Assembly (NCBI GenBank): GCA_951406725.2
Contig: OX597817.1
Span: 164,610,001-164,674,000 of the forward strand
DNA: 64,000 nucleotides
From: Octopus vulgaris
Lineage: Eukaryota
Direction: 5' to 3'
The translations under genes were made by a program, and so were the position numbers. Below are positions 37,099-51,528 of this stretch, piece after piece; position 1 is the first letter of the stretch, and each line of letters begins with the position of its first letter. The notes under the pieces were generated by a model, which ran no database searches, was not told the DNA's origin, and worked only from the letters and a program-made list of their open reading frames with translations.

Positions 37099-38435
37099 GC
37101 AATCTTCAAAATAAATATCACAGATCAAAAAAATGTCATTGAATGAAGCGAACACAGAACATTGACTATAAGACATCAGACATTATAATTGTGTTGGAAT
37201 GTATCGGTTGAAAAGGAAGAAGTTCGGTGAGCAACAGTGACAGTTTTCTGTACCTAGATCATTCCTGGGAGAATATTTTTGCTTAAGGTACTCAGAATAA
37301 ATTGGATTTAGTAAAGGGAAAGAAACTATGAACAACTTTGTTGAATGATAAACTGAATAGTCAGTGATAAAGCTGATTATAGGATGGATTGTGATACAAG
37401 TCAGAGACTGTATATAGTAATTCTGATAAGTAATGAATGGGCATTTCAAGACTAGTTTTTCTTAAATACTAACAAATTTCATATAATTATCAGTATCGTC
37501 ATCACTAGAAATAGCAGTAATTTTTAAACCATAATTTATACAAGTAATTTTTTAGGATTTATTGATGAGGTCACGAATGGCAAGGAAAGAACTTTAACAA
37601 ACCTAGCAGATTGATTGATTGGTTGAATGATTAATCAAATAATCAACTAGTTAACTGGTTACATGGTTAACCAATTAACTACTACTAATAATAATTGAAG
37701 AAGTGAAATAAAACCAGTGCATGTGTTTATTATTGGCATAATGACCCTCCTGAGACACAACAAAATATGTTTCAAAACACATAAAAAATCTTGCAAACCA
37801 ATTACAAAAACAAAGTATTAACAATTTTAACAATATTAACAATTTTTTAAAAAATAAAACACTGTTGATCTTTAAATTCAGGACATTAAAATTTTGAAGT
37901 TTTTTCCATATTCTATCAAGATATTATAAGCTTCAACACTGGGATCTTGCAGTTCAAGCCTTTGCAGAAAAATTTGGATTTATATTTCAGAAATCTAATT
38001 AGTTTTCTCAAATTTATATTTCATGTTTTCATTGATTATTGATTCTCATTAGTGAAATTAGTCAATGTATACAATGTCCCAGACAGGATTTGAACTGAAT
38101 CTTTATTTCAAAATGAAGTGAATTAACATTTAGAGACAAAGGTTCAAAATCTAACCTGAGGGAATGTAGACCTTCAGGAACAAGGGCCCTGATAATGATA
38201 ACAGATAAAAATCAATGAAATATTGCATAAAAGAAAACACAAACGAAGTTAATTATCAGGATATTTCATCTCAGAGATTTAGACATTGATAATACTAAAC
38301 CAATTCTACTCTGTAAGCATTCAATGATTTAGGTAATTTAATCAAAGTATTTAACAAAGAGTGGCAATGATCTTCAGGAATATGGAGATGACAATGGTAT
38401 TATTTCAAGAGGAACGATCCCCCAAATTTGACTAA

Positions 38436-38663
38436 TTAACCCTTTCATTACTGTATTTATTTTGAGATGCTCTGTGTTTCTTTCAATTACTTTAAATATA
38501 ACAAAGAATTTAGTAAAATAACTTAGTTATCCTTCAGGTAGTGTTGGGAACATAAATTGGGACTAAGGTTTGGTGGAAGATTTTAATTCAAAACTTTTGA
38601 AAACAGGACATTTGTACTCAGAGCCAGAGCCGATTTCAGCCGGGTTGGTAATGAAAGGGTTAA
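38436..38663. mobile_element. piggyBac-like MITE P1
   Basis: TTAA-flanked, perfect 12-bp TIR. Confidence 0.85.
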
Positions 38664-39032
38664 ACAATGATGATCATTATCATATCATATGATATGATGT
38701 TTCGTTTTGCTATAAGTTGATGTGACTGAGAAAACAAAACGTTAACGAACCTGAAAGATTTCAAATAAAATGGTAAAATGGTGGCTATAATTTGTGAAAT
38801 TTTGTTGTCAGTACACTGTTGCCACCTAGTAGAGGGACAGTAGTAACAGAATGTAATATTCTTAAATATATGGTGCTCAAACATTTTCATATTGATAGCT
38901 GTATGGTTAAGAAGATTATTTTGCAACCATTTGGTATTAGGTTGAGTCACACTGCATGGCACCTTGAACAAGTCTCTTCAAATATAGTCTAGGGCAAACC
39001 AATGCATTGTGAGTGAATTTGGAATTTGTCAT

Positions 39033-39077
<45 letters not shown>

Positions 39078-39587
39078 ACTTTGTGCCTCAACTGGCGTTG
39101 GTTTGAATGCTAAATGGTTCAAGTTAAGGATCTTTATCAACCATTAAAAAAAAAAACCCCTGCAAGGTCTCTTAGTCTGGTACTTTCTTATTTTGCCTCA
39201 CAGTCCTACTACACAGTTTAAAATAGGTGTAGTATGGCTGAATGGCTAAAGAATCCACAAGGTCTTGGGTTCAGTCCTGCTGTATGGGATCTTGGATATA
39301 TGTCATTTTCTATAGCATTGGGCTGAATCATATCTTGTGTGTGAAGTTAGTGTAGAAAGAAACTGTACAGAAGCCCAGCTGGTGGATTATACCTGTAATT
39401 CAAAAGTTACAATCTTGTCATACCCTGTGTTGTGCTGATTTTAGCTGAGAATTATGTTCAGGGTTCATATGTCTGTAAAATGCTCAGTTGCTTAGACATT
39501 AATTCAGGAGCAGGTAATTCAGTCACTGGAACAACTGAAAGCTCCTCATCAGACAATAAAGATCTATCATCACACAATTTAACAATG

Positions 39588-39845
39588 GTGGAGGCACGTG
39601 GCCTAGTGGTTAGAGCAGTGGACTCGCGGTCGAGGGATCACGAGTTCGAATTTCAGACTGGGCGATCTGAGCGAAACACCTAAGCTCCACCAGAAGGTAA
39701 TGACGAACTGGTGCTGACTCTTTCCTCCTGCATCTTGCAGCTCACCTGCAACAGAATGGCGTCCCGTCCAGGTGGGGAACCTATATGCCAAGGAAACCGG
39801 CCCTGTGAGCCAGGCACGGCTTGAGAAAGAACAAACAACAACAGT
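39588..39845 (+). mobile_element. SINE family E2 with TSD
   Basis: tRNA head; TSD TTTAACAATGGT at 39578 and 39845. Confidence 0.85.
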
Positions 39846-40867
39846 TTAACAATGGTTTCACACAGTTGTTCTTAACCGTTTTTCTTTTGTAGTGCACCTT
39901 GTCCTTTTAAGTAGTTGTAATGCCTAGCACCCACTTAAGTCAGTGATATATCATGACTAAACTTACTTAACATGAACGATAAGTTATAAATTTTACTTTA
40001 AAAATGGATTGTATAAGCTTTTAATAGTGAAATGATAAAAAATTAATTCAGACAAAAGTTGTAAATTTACTTTATACATATCAAATTAATGACTTCTCTG
40101 TGCCTAATGGGTTATTTTATTTTAATAACCATAACTAGTTTTAACATGCATAACATAACAACTACTACAGGTAGAAGTTAGTGTGTTAATTATGTTACAT
40201 AACTCCCCTTTGACATGCCTAGCACCCATTTGGGAGTGATACCACTCACTTTAAAAACTTCTGGTTTAACGCAGGGAGTAACAAAGGTTATTGCATTCAT
40301 ACTGTCCTCAAAAACTAAAAAGATAAAGCCATATTAACCAAGAATTGAAACCAAATAGAAAATATTCTAAAAGGAAGTACAGTTTCTGTTGATGCGAGAT
40401 TTATGTAGATCCCAAGTGGGTTACCGTAATAACCATTTCTACAGAAATTAAATATATTTATGGAGTTCCATACAACTTTAGAAGTTAGAAGAGTCTTTCA
40501 TATAAAGATTGAAAGATTTATTCTTCTAGATGTAAACCTGGTTGGTGAGTATTTACAACTATAATAAAGCAAGGTGTAGCTTATGAAAATAGCTGGCAAG
40601 GCTCTGTTTTGAGGTCATCATTCAACTGCACTGGATCTGAGTACAACACAGATCTGATGATTGTAGAGAACAAAGAAAATTTCTTATGGTTTCTTGACAT
40701 TAGTTGATGAAACAGTTTGTTCTAAACACCTGCAGAAATAGACTGTGATCTGCAAGCAATGTAATCTAGGCCCTGATGGTTAGAGCAGAAAAATATGTCG
40801 GAGTCAGTTATGCTTATATCAATACTGAATGCATTTCATTAAAGTGCAGGTATATTCTACCAATCTC

Positions 40868-40901
<34 letters not shown>

Positions 40902-41279
40902 TATATATATTCATTTATTATAATCTCTTTGAGTCTTATAGTTTATACCATAGTTTTCTTTAAATGTTCTGCCAATCCACTTTGCTAATAATTTCTAACA
41001 CAGGCACGAGGCCCAACATTTATGGAAAGGGAAGTAGTCAATTACATTGATCCCAGTACTTGACTGGTACTTTATTTTATTAATCTTGGAGAGGTATAAA
41101 ACGAAGTTGACTCTAAAGAGTTTAAACATGAAATGGTTAGAGTCAGGACCCACAGCACAAGGCTCGTTGTCTAACACTGTAATGACTTTGCAATCTGATA
41201 GTATGTGCTTGAGTTTTGGAATGTAAAAGCAACTATTGTTACTAATCGGCTTAACATTTATAGTACAACTATTGCTACC

Positions 41280-41508
41280 TTAACGCTTTCGTTACTGTAT
41301 TTATTTTGAGATGCTCTGTGTTTCTTTCAATTACTTTAAATATAACAAATAATTTAGTCAGATAATTTAGTTATCATTCAGCTAGTGTTAGGAACATAAA
41401 TTGGGACTAAAGTTTGGTGGAAAATTTTAATTCAAAACTTATGTAAACAAGACATTTGTACTACACAGCCAGAGCTGGTTTCAGCCAAGTTGGTAACGAA
41501 AGAATTAA
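41280..41508. mobile_element. piggyBac-like MITE P1
   Basis: Diverged copy with TTAA ends. Confidence 0.8.
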
Positions 41509-41955
41509 ACAGAGTTTTAATCTGTTGTTAAATGTCAGCAACAGAGCAACAAATAATAAATGATTCAGTAGTATAAACTGATACTCATTAGAGATATTTA
41601 TACAATAAAGAAAAACCAGGAAAATATTATTAAGTTTTGATTCCAAGAAGTAACTATCACATCTCTAAAATTAAATAAAATAAAATTTATTTGATTAAGG
41701 AGATGAGAAAACTTGTTGTCAAAATAAATAAATCCACAAGAAATAACACCTTAGATGTAGAAGTGGGAAAGTAATTTTCGCTTAGCTCTCAATGCAATTG
41801 TAATAATATGCCCTCTATTGTTTTTGTTAAAATGTGGCTATTTAGAGGATGAATTTAGAAACTTACTACACAATTCTGACCAGCTGTTCTAGAAAAAGTA
41901 GGAAGATCATATTAAGCTTTCATACCAAGAATTGACTATTACACCTCTAAAATTA

Positions 41956-42456
41956 CCGTAAATCTTTGAGTATAGTCTGCCCTTCAGTATAATACGCAGG
42001 GTATTTTTAGGGGTCTGTACCTCTGAAAAAACCTAAACCTTGTGTATAATATGCACCCCTACTCTAACTTGAGTCAAGAAGGTCTATATAACATCCTTGG
42101 TTTGTAAAACTGTATACGGTAACGTCCTTTATTATTATTGTATACATAACAATGCAACCGTGTAGCATTTTTATGCATTTTGTTTGCAGAAATAGCAGTA
42201 ATAACGTTTAATAAATGTTGCTTATTGCAAGTTATGGATGATTCTTTTATGACTTCATTGCTTTCAGGCTTAGCTTAAGGTATTTTCGCTGCCGATATCA
42301 CAAAATGTATCTGAATAAACATTGCCGGACAGCAAATAGAAACTCGGACATTGCTTAGAAAATATTTTTCATTTTTAACCTCGTATATAGAACGCATGAG
42401 GGATTTTGACCATTAAATTTTGGGGGAAAATGTGGATTATACTTGAGGATTTATGG
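41956..42456. mobile_element. pogo/Tc1-like MITE
   Basis: TA-CCGTAAATCTTTGAGTATA ... TATACTTGAGGATTTATGG-TA. Confidence 0.75.
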
Positions 42457-43744
42457 TAAATAAAATCTAATTTAGTTGGTTAAAGAGATGTGAAAACCTG
42501 TGTCAAGATAAGTAAGTCCACTAGAAACATCCTCACATGTAGAAATGTCAAAGTAATGTTAGCTTAGTTCTCAGTGCAATTTTAGTTTCCTCTGTTGTCT
42601 ATGTTAAAATGTGACTAGTTAGGACAGATTTTAGATACCTACCACTAATTCTGACTTGGTGTTCAGGTATCATAATAGCCGATACAAAGATTGCACTATG
42701 GCAGCTACCATATATAAATGGAGAAATAAAATGAAACAAAAATTTATGTTGAAATATTTCAAATTATTGTTTTTTTTTTGTTTGTTAATCATGATTAGAG
42801 TAGTTGTGGTGGTAGAAGATCCTATAGCTTTATCAATCCTACAAAGCTAAAATATTCAAAGTCAAGCAAAAACGAATGTAAAACATTATCAATAGTGGTA
42901 ATAGAGACAAATGTCTAACCCATTATAAAGCAAAAATATGATTACACACAGATAAAGCTATCACCAAATTGGCTGTAGCAAACACACGGCTACATGTTGG
43001 TAAGAAGAAGAATAGAACAAATTAGAGATGAGCAATAATTTTGAGTTGTTTCATTTGAGGACCAAATGTTACTGCATGCGAAAATGAGATGAACTGTCAC
43101 AAAGAGGGAAATAATAAAGGAAAATTCACTTCACTTTAACTTAGCTGTGTTTGATTTTGTAAGCCTGTATTCTAGGTTATGAGAGAAAGTATGTGGTGAG
43201 ACAAACACACAAGGTGTCATTGTTGTCAATGGTCACACAAAAAAATCTCACAAAAGTGTGGAATGAGGCGAGCCATACAAAAGCCAGTCTATGAGAAAGC
43301 ATAACATACTTTCTTATAGATTTTAAAATCTACAACAATGAATGCATAAGATACTTTAAAATAAAATTTAAAAATCATGCAAGTTATATTTGCAATAGCC
43401 TACAACTTAAAAAGAAGACTTAAGAGTTACTTAAGTGGTCGACAGCTAGCTAGCAAGTGTCTGCTACTATAACCCCAGGCTAACCCTTGTGGAACAAGGA
43501 AAGGGAAACTGTTTGGAAGCCCATCATATGTGTGTTTGTGTTTGTGTGTGTGTGTGTGTGTGTGTGGCAAATGTTGACATGACTGTATCTTTGTGCTTTT
43601 GAAGGCCAGTTGAATAAAAATCCTTACCTAATAGGTAAGGGTTAGCATCAGGAAAGGCATCTGACCATATAAAATGCTGCCTCAAATTGTCTCCATCCAA
43701 CCCATGCTAACATGGATAAAATAGACATTAAACGAATAAATATG

Positions 43745-43786
<42 letters not shown>

Positions 43787-44222
43787 TGTTTTTAAATAAT
43801 TTTGTTTAAAGTCAAAACAATGTAAGTTATAAAAAATCAAAAAGACAGGTTAGTGGTTTGTACTTTGACCTGCTGTTTGAATATTTTGGAGTTAGGACCA
43901 TTTCTTCACAGCATCATGTCTCTGAAGATTTCCTGAAGAAGTGATCCAAACTCTGAAACATTGAAATATCAGGTGAAACTACAAGCCATCGACCTCATCA
44001 TCATTTGATGTCCAATTTTTATAACATGCATTGTTTTGGCTTTAAGCAAAAATAATTACTCACACATGTATATATATGCATACAAATATATTCATACATG
44101 CATATATACACATATTTGTGTGTGTATATATATATATATATAGTGAGAATTTACAAAAAAACAAATGATGAAGATGGGTGTGTAAACAACAAACAGATGT
44201 ATTAATTTAACACTAAGGAAGT

Positions 44223-44258
44223 CTTTTACATTCCGAGCCTATGCTCTTCGACAGAAAG
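44223..44258 (-). ncRNA. degenerate hammerhead motif
   Basis: CTTT-CTGTCGA-A-GAGC-ATAG-GCTC-GGAA-TGT-A-AAAG; same family as 6526. Confidence 0.5.
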
Positions 44259-44391
44259 GAACACAGAAGTAAACAGGGAGAGAAAAGAGAAAAAGGTATA
44301 GTGGCTATACATACACATACATGTATATACATATACACACACACATATATATGCATATATACATTCATACACATACATACATGTATATATG

Positions 44392-44431
<40 letters not shown>

Positions 44432-46247
44432 CATACATGTTTAAACATATACACATATATATTATATATATAACAGAATATTAATAAGGAAGAAAACAAG
44501 ATAAAATTTAGCAAATTAACTGTAGCTAACAATTGGTATCACCAAGTAACTAGTATACAATACTAACATTTGAAAAGAACAGATACTAATCAACTAAAAT
44601 TACTTTACATTCATTGATAAATGAAACAGGAGACAATGATTTAATTTGAACCCAACACAACTTTGTTCTCTAGTTATATCTACATGAAAGTAATGTTTTA
44701 CATATAGAGTGAAACATTCATATATTCAAGTGTGTAATACTGACTGGATTATTTGACCTGAGAATATATGCACATTAATATTTTTATATATGTGTATGTA
44801 AAACATTTGCAAACAGTTGCTAATGATTTATAAAGCAGACTAGTAATTGCTGTGTATATAAGACATGCGACTTCTCTTTCAATTGGTTTTATTAGCTTTT
44901 AATATATAGCTGGTACATATCGTCTTTCTTTATAGTTAAAAAAGATGCTTTGTGGGTAGATTATGTTTCCAAAGCTCATGAAGGATGAGGACTTTACTTT
45001 ATGCTTCAAACAAACTGTAATTCTAAGACTGAAGTTTTCTTTTATAGAAGACCAACTATTTAATCCTAAGGCATGCCAAATTTTAGCAACCGTTCCATTT
45101 TGTCTAAAGTGATACTATCATCATCGTCATAGTTATACTGACTGAGTGCCACCTCTAACAGACTGTGGTCAATGGTCACTAAATAAGGGAATCATAATGG
45201 AAATTCTACAGTGATACTATTACCGTTATTTTAAATTTGTTTTTCATTGCTAGTATGGGTTACTCATTTGTATTCATATCAAATAAATTTCATATTCATA
45301 TGGCAGTCATCACCTACTCTCCCTTACCTTCTTCCAACTTATGCATTATTGTTCACCCTTCCACTCTTGTTCACCTTTCACTACATCCAGCCCTTAAACA
45401 TACTCAATCTCTACAGCTATCACCTACTTTCCCCCTCCTTTCACACCGACCAGCCCTCAACTCTTGCTCATCATTCATTATATTCACCCTTGTGCCAAAC
45501 CTCATCCCTAACTATCCCTCACTTTTTTCATACACTCCTGCAATGCTTACTCATTCCCCATTCAAGTTGTTTTGTATCCACTTGCTTCTATTCACCTTGT
45601 AACTTAAGGGTTCATGCTGATAGTGTCACCATTATCTTTATTTCTCTTTCCAGCTCCAATCCAGTTACTCACTCCCATTCTTGTATAATGTGACTGGCCA
45701 TGTATCTCCTCAACAACAAGAAATCTGTTCCAGCCCCATCGTTCATACTTTAACCTCTCAACACCTAGCATAAAGTTGCTCCCTACTCTATCATAATACC
45801 ACAGAGTTGAAGAGAGATCTTAGTCTTGCGAGCAACCTGACAACCTCATTAGTGTTGGTGCCACAAAAGGTTAAAAAAAAAAAAAAAAGGGTTGACATTA
45901 GGAAGGGCATCAAGCCACAGGAACCATACTGAAACAAACATTAGAGCAGGACACAGTCCTCTGAACCATCAGATCCTGTTGAACTGTTCACCTCCTGCCA
46001 GCATGGAAGATAGAGATTAAAAGATAATGATAATGAAGGCGTGACACACACACACACACTCTGCCAGTGGTTGATCTGGTTATTAAGGTTTGTAGTAGCC
46101 TTCTAATATTCTTATCAGTTAACAGAAAAAAAAGCATCTGATAATATCAAGAATGAGATATGACTCCATAAAATATGGTTTCATAGTACCAAAAGAATGG
46201 TACCATAGTACCTTAAACAACATATAACTCTATTGAATCATAATATT

Positions 46248-46458
46248 CATTCTTTTCTACTCTAGGCACAAGGCCTGAAATTTTGGGGGAGGGGGTCAGT
46301 TGATTAGATCGACTCCAGTACACAACTGGTACTTAATTTATTGACTCTGAAAGGATGAAAGGCAAAGTCGACCTCGGCAGAATTTGAACTCAGAATGTAA
46401 AAACAGACGAAATACTGCTAAGCATTTCGCCTGGCATGCTAATGTTTCTGCCAGCTCG
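46248..46458 (-). mobile_element. SINE family B (tail type 2)
   Basis: Core plus GGCCTTGTGCCTAGAGTAGAAAAG tail. Confidence 0.88.
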
Positions 46459-47407
46459 TAATATTAAACTTCAAATGTATTCACAGAGTTTTTCAATAGT
46501 CTGGCCCAGGTCCTCATGCCTTATGTTCTTGAAAGCCTTTAATCTTTCAGCACTATTTATTTATATCATTTTGAATTAATCATTTCATTATCTTGTAGCT
46601 TTCAGATCTTATGTTTAGAATGACAAATGTTGGATAGGTGTTAGAGGATGGAGCTAGTCAGTTTCAACAAAAAACAAGTAGACTATTTGGGCCAGATATG
46701 GCTGGATTAAATGCTGAAGGGTTAAGCTTTGAGATGTGTGTGTTTTTTTTTTTTGATATTTGCAAAAGAAACTTCTCCGCCACACAGTTATGTGTGTTCT
46801 ACATTTTACACTTATCAGAAATGACTTGAACTTTTTGCTCTTAAATTCACCAATGATATTTGCATAATGTTATCGTGTGCTACCAGATGTGCACATACAC
46901 AAATTAATCAATTAGGAATTAATTGAAAAAACAAAAAAACAAAACCTAAAACAGATTTAAAAAGAAGACAACACACGAATGCAACTAAAACTTTAAAAAA
47001 ATATTTGCACCAACAGGTCTTCTTCAAATCTAATAAAACAGAAACTATATATTTCACTAAAAAAAAAAAAAGGACAAAACTAAAAATTCCAAATCTAATT
47101 GCATTTAAAACATATTAGATACCAAGATGTATATCTTGATAATAAATTATATAGAATATATTGACTTATATATCAAAATGTTAAATATCACTGAGCCAAT
47201 GTGAAAGCCTTTATGTTGTCATTTGACCTGCAAGAAACTGTAGAGAAGTCTTCCTCTAATCATTTGATAGGATGTGATTAAAGGGAGATTTCTCTGTCAT
47301 TCAAAGAAAGATTTTCACAAGTTCTAGTGAATTATGTTCTTATATAAGACTACCTGAAGAAGAAGAAGAAGAAGATATCCATAGGAATTTGGATAACTAT
47401 CTTACGT

Positions 47408-47636
47408 TTAACCCTTTAGCATTCAAACCGGCCATATCCGGCCAGAATACTTAACCTGTTTTATATTGAAACTGACCAGAGCTTGCCTCTTAACTCAGCC
47501 CTACCATCTCATTCTAAAACTAAAAAAACCACATCACTGAAATCTCTAAACTGCAAGATAATGCATGACTAATTCAATCCATTTTAAATAAACAAACATC
47601 ACATTTGACAGAATAATCTGAACACTAAAGGGTTAA
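47408..47636. mobile_element. piggyBac-like MITE family P2
   Basis: TTAA-CCCTTTAG...CTAAAGGG-TTAA. Confidence 0.82.
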
Positions 47637-47696
47637 TGTGTATGCATTTATCAATTTAATCACACACACACACACACACATGAAATATTCCTTTCA

Positions 47697-47810
47697 AATT
47701 CAACTAATCATCATCATTGCTTGACCGTGGTCGAGACAATGGAATTTACTATGCTACACCAGGCTTCACGGTCCATCATAGCATTGATGAATTTTTTTCA
47801 ATTCAACTAA
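47697..47810 (-). mobile_element. very short RTE-like LINE 3' end with TSD
   Basis: MMDREAWCSIV, (GAT)n tail, TSD AATTCAACTAA at 47697 and 47800. Confidence 0.7.
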
Positions 47811-50641
47811 ACATAATCTCAATTTCGCCAAGAGAAGAACAAGCTGCTGTTATGATAATTTTATAATTTTAGTAACATTTTTTAAACACGACCAATATTA
47901 CACAACCACATTAAAATATATAAATCGTCTAATATTGGTAGCTGTTGATGTCATTACCTAATTGTCTGTTACCACTATTATGGTCGTTATTCATGATCAG
48001 CCAAGCTGAACATAGCAATGTAAAATATTCATTCACATATCTCACATTGTGTCCCATTCCATCCACCTAACCTCCATGATATACGTTTTCAGCCATCATG
48101 CCTACTCTGATAATTATAAAGCTCCTCATTCCACTTATGTACACATATAATTAGGTTGCTATTCCTAAACAAATTTCCATTTACATTATATTTTTTGCTA
48201 TTCATGTTGCCCTTCAAGAATAAAATGGGGCACAAAACTTTACATATTACTTCATATTTTTGTAACACCAATGAAGTAAATAATTATATTGGTTTAACCC
48301 CATCCGTTAGTAGTTCTTGGATGATAAAAATGTCTGAAGTTTAGAGAAATGAGAATAAATACTTTTAGGCACAAGGCCTGATATTTTGAGGGGAGGGGGC
48401 TAGTTGATCATATCAATTGGCTCTTATTTTATTGACCCCAAAAGGATGAAAGGCAAAATCAACTTTGGTGGAATTACAATGTTAAGCTGGTAGAAATTTG
48501 TCTGACATGCTGACAATTCTGTCAGCTGTCTTAATTAGAGTAAATATTGTTAATGAAGTGGGTCAAATAATGTCAGAATTCATATTCTTTAAGACTGAAG
48601 TCAAAGATCACTCAAAATAAGTCATGCAATGGTGGAGTCATAATGGAAATATATTTAGACAAAGAAGAAACGTTGAATGAATGGTCACATTTATCAAAGT
48701 ATGGTTCTTATTTCATAGGAATTAGAGGCCAGCATCATGGTCACAACATTATATGAACTGTAAAGGTCTGTTACCAAGCCCAAACTATTACAACAATTGT
48801 ATGATTATCAGCAATATTACTGAGTATTGAGAATGGGAAGTAGCAAGGTCACTGTAGCCACATGATGTCATAAGGGAGGAGAGGAGAAGGTAAAAATGGT
48901 CAATTGATTTAAAGCAAGGATCAGATATTATAAAGCTAGAAGAGGAAATAAGGAGAATTTTTAGCAACATTGGGGTTGCCTTTAATTTTTAAAACCAGCA
49001 ACAAATATTGAGCAAAACATTGGATTAGGCACTTAGAAATATGGTCATGGGTGGACTGGAGTTATAAGCTTGACCATGTAGAAGTGTGTAAGTGTATACA
49101 TGTGTTTACATGTGTTTTTGTGTGGGCAAAAGAGAGCACCCAAATTTAAGAGTTACGGAAACTGCACTTGAAACAGCAACACATCACTGACACATGTGCA
49201 GAAGTGCCTAGAATATTGGTATTAACAAATAACATTTTCTAACTGAAAATGGATAAATATACATACTAGAATTTTTGGTAAATATTCTGTCATTTTCTTA
49301 AGAATAGTAATTAATTAACAAAATATGCATTTTAATGATGATTTAAAACAAGAAAAATTTAAGTGTTTGTGATACACTTGGGATAAATAACACAAAAAAA
49401 CAAAAGACTAGGTTTTGAAAGGTTATCTTCAGCACTGAAACTTTGCAAGAGAGAAAACTGGAAGGTTTGTCATTTGGAAACAATTCCACCATTATTGGTA
49501 AAGAAGTGTTATAGAGTTAAAAAATATATATATATATGTATTTGATGTTCAGACTTACTAAATAGTTAAGATTGAGGGAATCAAAGAGAAGTATACCCTA
49601 ACTGAAATTGTTGGCAAGTTTAAAAAGTAAACTGATGGTAAGTGTCTAGAGATATGCATGATAAAAGCAAGGGATTCAAACATATGGACTAAAAGATGTT
49701 ATCAAGAAACATTCTAAATACTACAGAGAGACAAAGTTTCAAGAAGATTTGGAGAAGAGTTCTTGTTGGATATTGGTAAAATATAACAAGCTGGTTGTCT
49801 TTGATTACAAAACTTGAGTCTTTTCTTTGATTAACCTTGAGGATGCAACTTTGGATTTTTCAAAAGAAGCTTACTGAAGTAGCTTAGTCAAAGAACAAAT
49901 AAGATAGAAACAAGCAGCTGCATGAAAACCTCAATGGCTCTTTATGGGTTTTAAACACCAGAGATAGATCTAAAGATATTAAAAAAAAAATTTTTTTTGA
50001 GAAAAATACATTGAATAATTATATTTTTGAGACTTCAGTTTTGCTAAGAATAAAGTTAGAATAGCAATACATTGATTTCCCTCAAAGATCCATTCATACA
50101 GAGTTTATAATAATCTTTGTATTTGTCAATCAAAGCTCAAGTATGAAACAAGAGAAATAAAATACCTTGAAATGCTTCACTACCTTCAAAATTCTAAATT
50201 ATGCTGAATTATCCAACAGAAATGAACTTGTTAAAATAGGTGTTAGAAAAACAATTATCTAGATATAGACATCTTGCTTTTTGCTTTGGAGAAATTTATC
50301 CAAATATTTTGAGAGAGAGAGAGAGAACAAAAAAAAAAAAAGAGTGCTGGTGATGATATCTCTATAAACAAATTCAGAGCTAAAAAATAATAAATGAATA
50401 TAATAACAAAAAAACAACAAAACATTAACTTTTGTTAACAAAAATGGTTATAACATGTTTTATATGTCCTCTTTTTCTCTCTATTTCCTTTTCAGAGAAT
50501 GAACTTTTGTCAACAATATTGTGCTGGAGAATGATGCCAAAAGCAGAAGACATACTGGAGAATACTTGAGCTGACACAACAGAGGAAGGAAGTTGGTGAT
50601 TCTGGATTTGTAAGACAATAAGCTTCCAGAGGGAAATATCC

Positions 50642-50701
50642 TTACAGTTCAGAATGATCTGTAGAAAATTTCAGCTTGGGTGCATGTCGGAAACTTGGGC
50701 T
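50642..50701 (-). CDS. C3orf18-like: terminal coding exon SPSFRHAPKLKFSTDHSEL* of the C3orf18/SMIM29-family gene
   Basis: Poly-T tract plus CCAG acceptor, phase 0 matching the upstream donor; PKLKFSTD resembles C3orf18 C-terminal PSRLVFTD. Confidence 0.75.
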   Translation of the reverse strand, partial: SPSFRHAPKLKFSTDHSEL

Positions 50702-51123
50702 CTGGAAAAAAAAAAAAAAAAAAAAAAATTATTATCAAAGTAAGAATTTTAAAAAAAATGTTAATTAGTCAGGGTAGGATGAGAGAGTGCAATTGTGGTC
50801 GTTTCAGACCCCACCTCCAACCTGACAGAAGAAATTGAAAACCTTACAAAATATTGGAATACAGTTTACTCAAAAAGGAGAGGTTGAAGATGAATTTAAA
50901 ACTTTGGAGTAACTCAAATACAAGGTTCTTTACATGTCCCCAGTGCACCAGATGATATGACCATTCTTTTTAATTACAACATCAGTGAAGTCATTTTCTC
51001 AAAATTACTGAGGCAAATTAATTAGGGACACTATCCACACAAAGTAATAGTTGAATGAGTGTAAAAAAATAAATGCACATGTAAAAAATAAAGGAGAGGG
51101 AAATACAGGCTTAATGATTAATA

Positions 51124-51309
51124 CTCTTTACTCTTTTACTTGTTTCAGTCATTTGACTGCGGCCATGCTGGAGCACCGCCTTTAGTCGAGCAAATCGACC
51201 CCAGGACTGATTGCCAAACCGCTAAGTTACAGGGACATAAACACATCACCATCGGTTGTCAAGCGATGTTGAGGGGACAAACACAGACACACACATACAT
51301 ACATATATA

Positions 51310-51358
<49 letters not shown>

Positions 51359-51528
51359 TATATACGACAGGCTTCTTTCAGTTTCCGTCTACCAAATCCA
51401 CTCACAAGGCTTTGGTCGGCCCGAGGCTATAGTAGAAGACACTTGCCCATGGTGCCATGCAGTGGGAATGAACCCAGAACCATGTAGTTGGTAAGCAAGC
51501 TACTTACCACACAGCCACTCCTGCGCCT
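51124..51528 (-). mobile_element. SINE family A
   Basis: Copy with an internal deletion. Confidence 0.9.

Noticed and set aside
40649-40752. C/D box snoRNA-like pattern
   Set aside because: D box reads GTGA, C box lacks the purine, and I see no rRNA-complementary guide.
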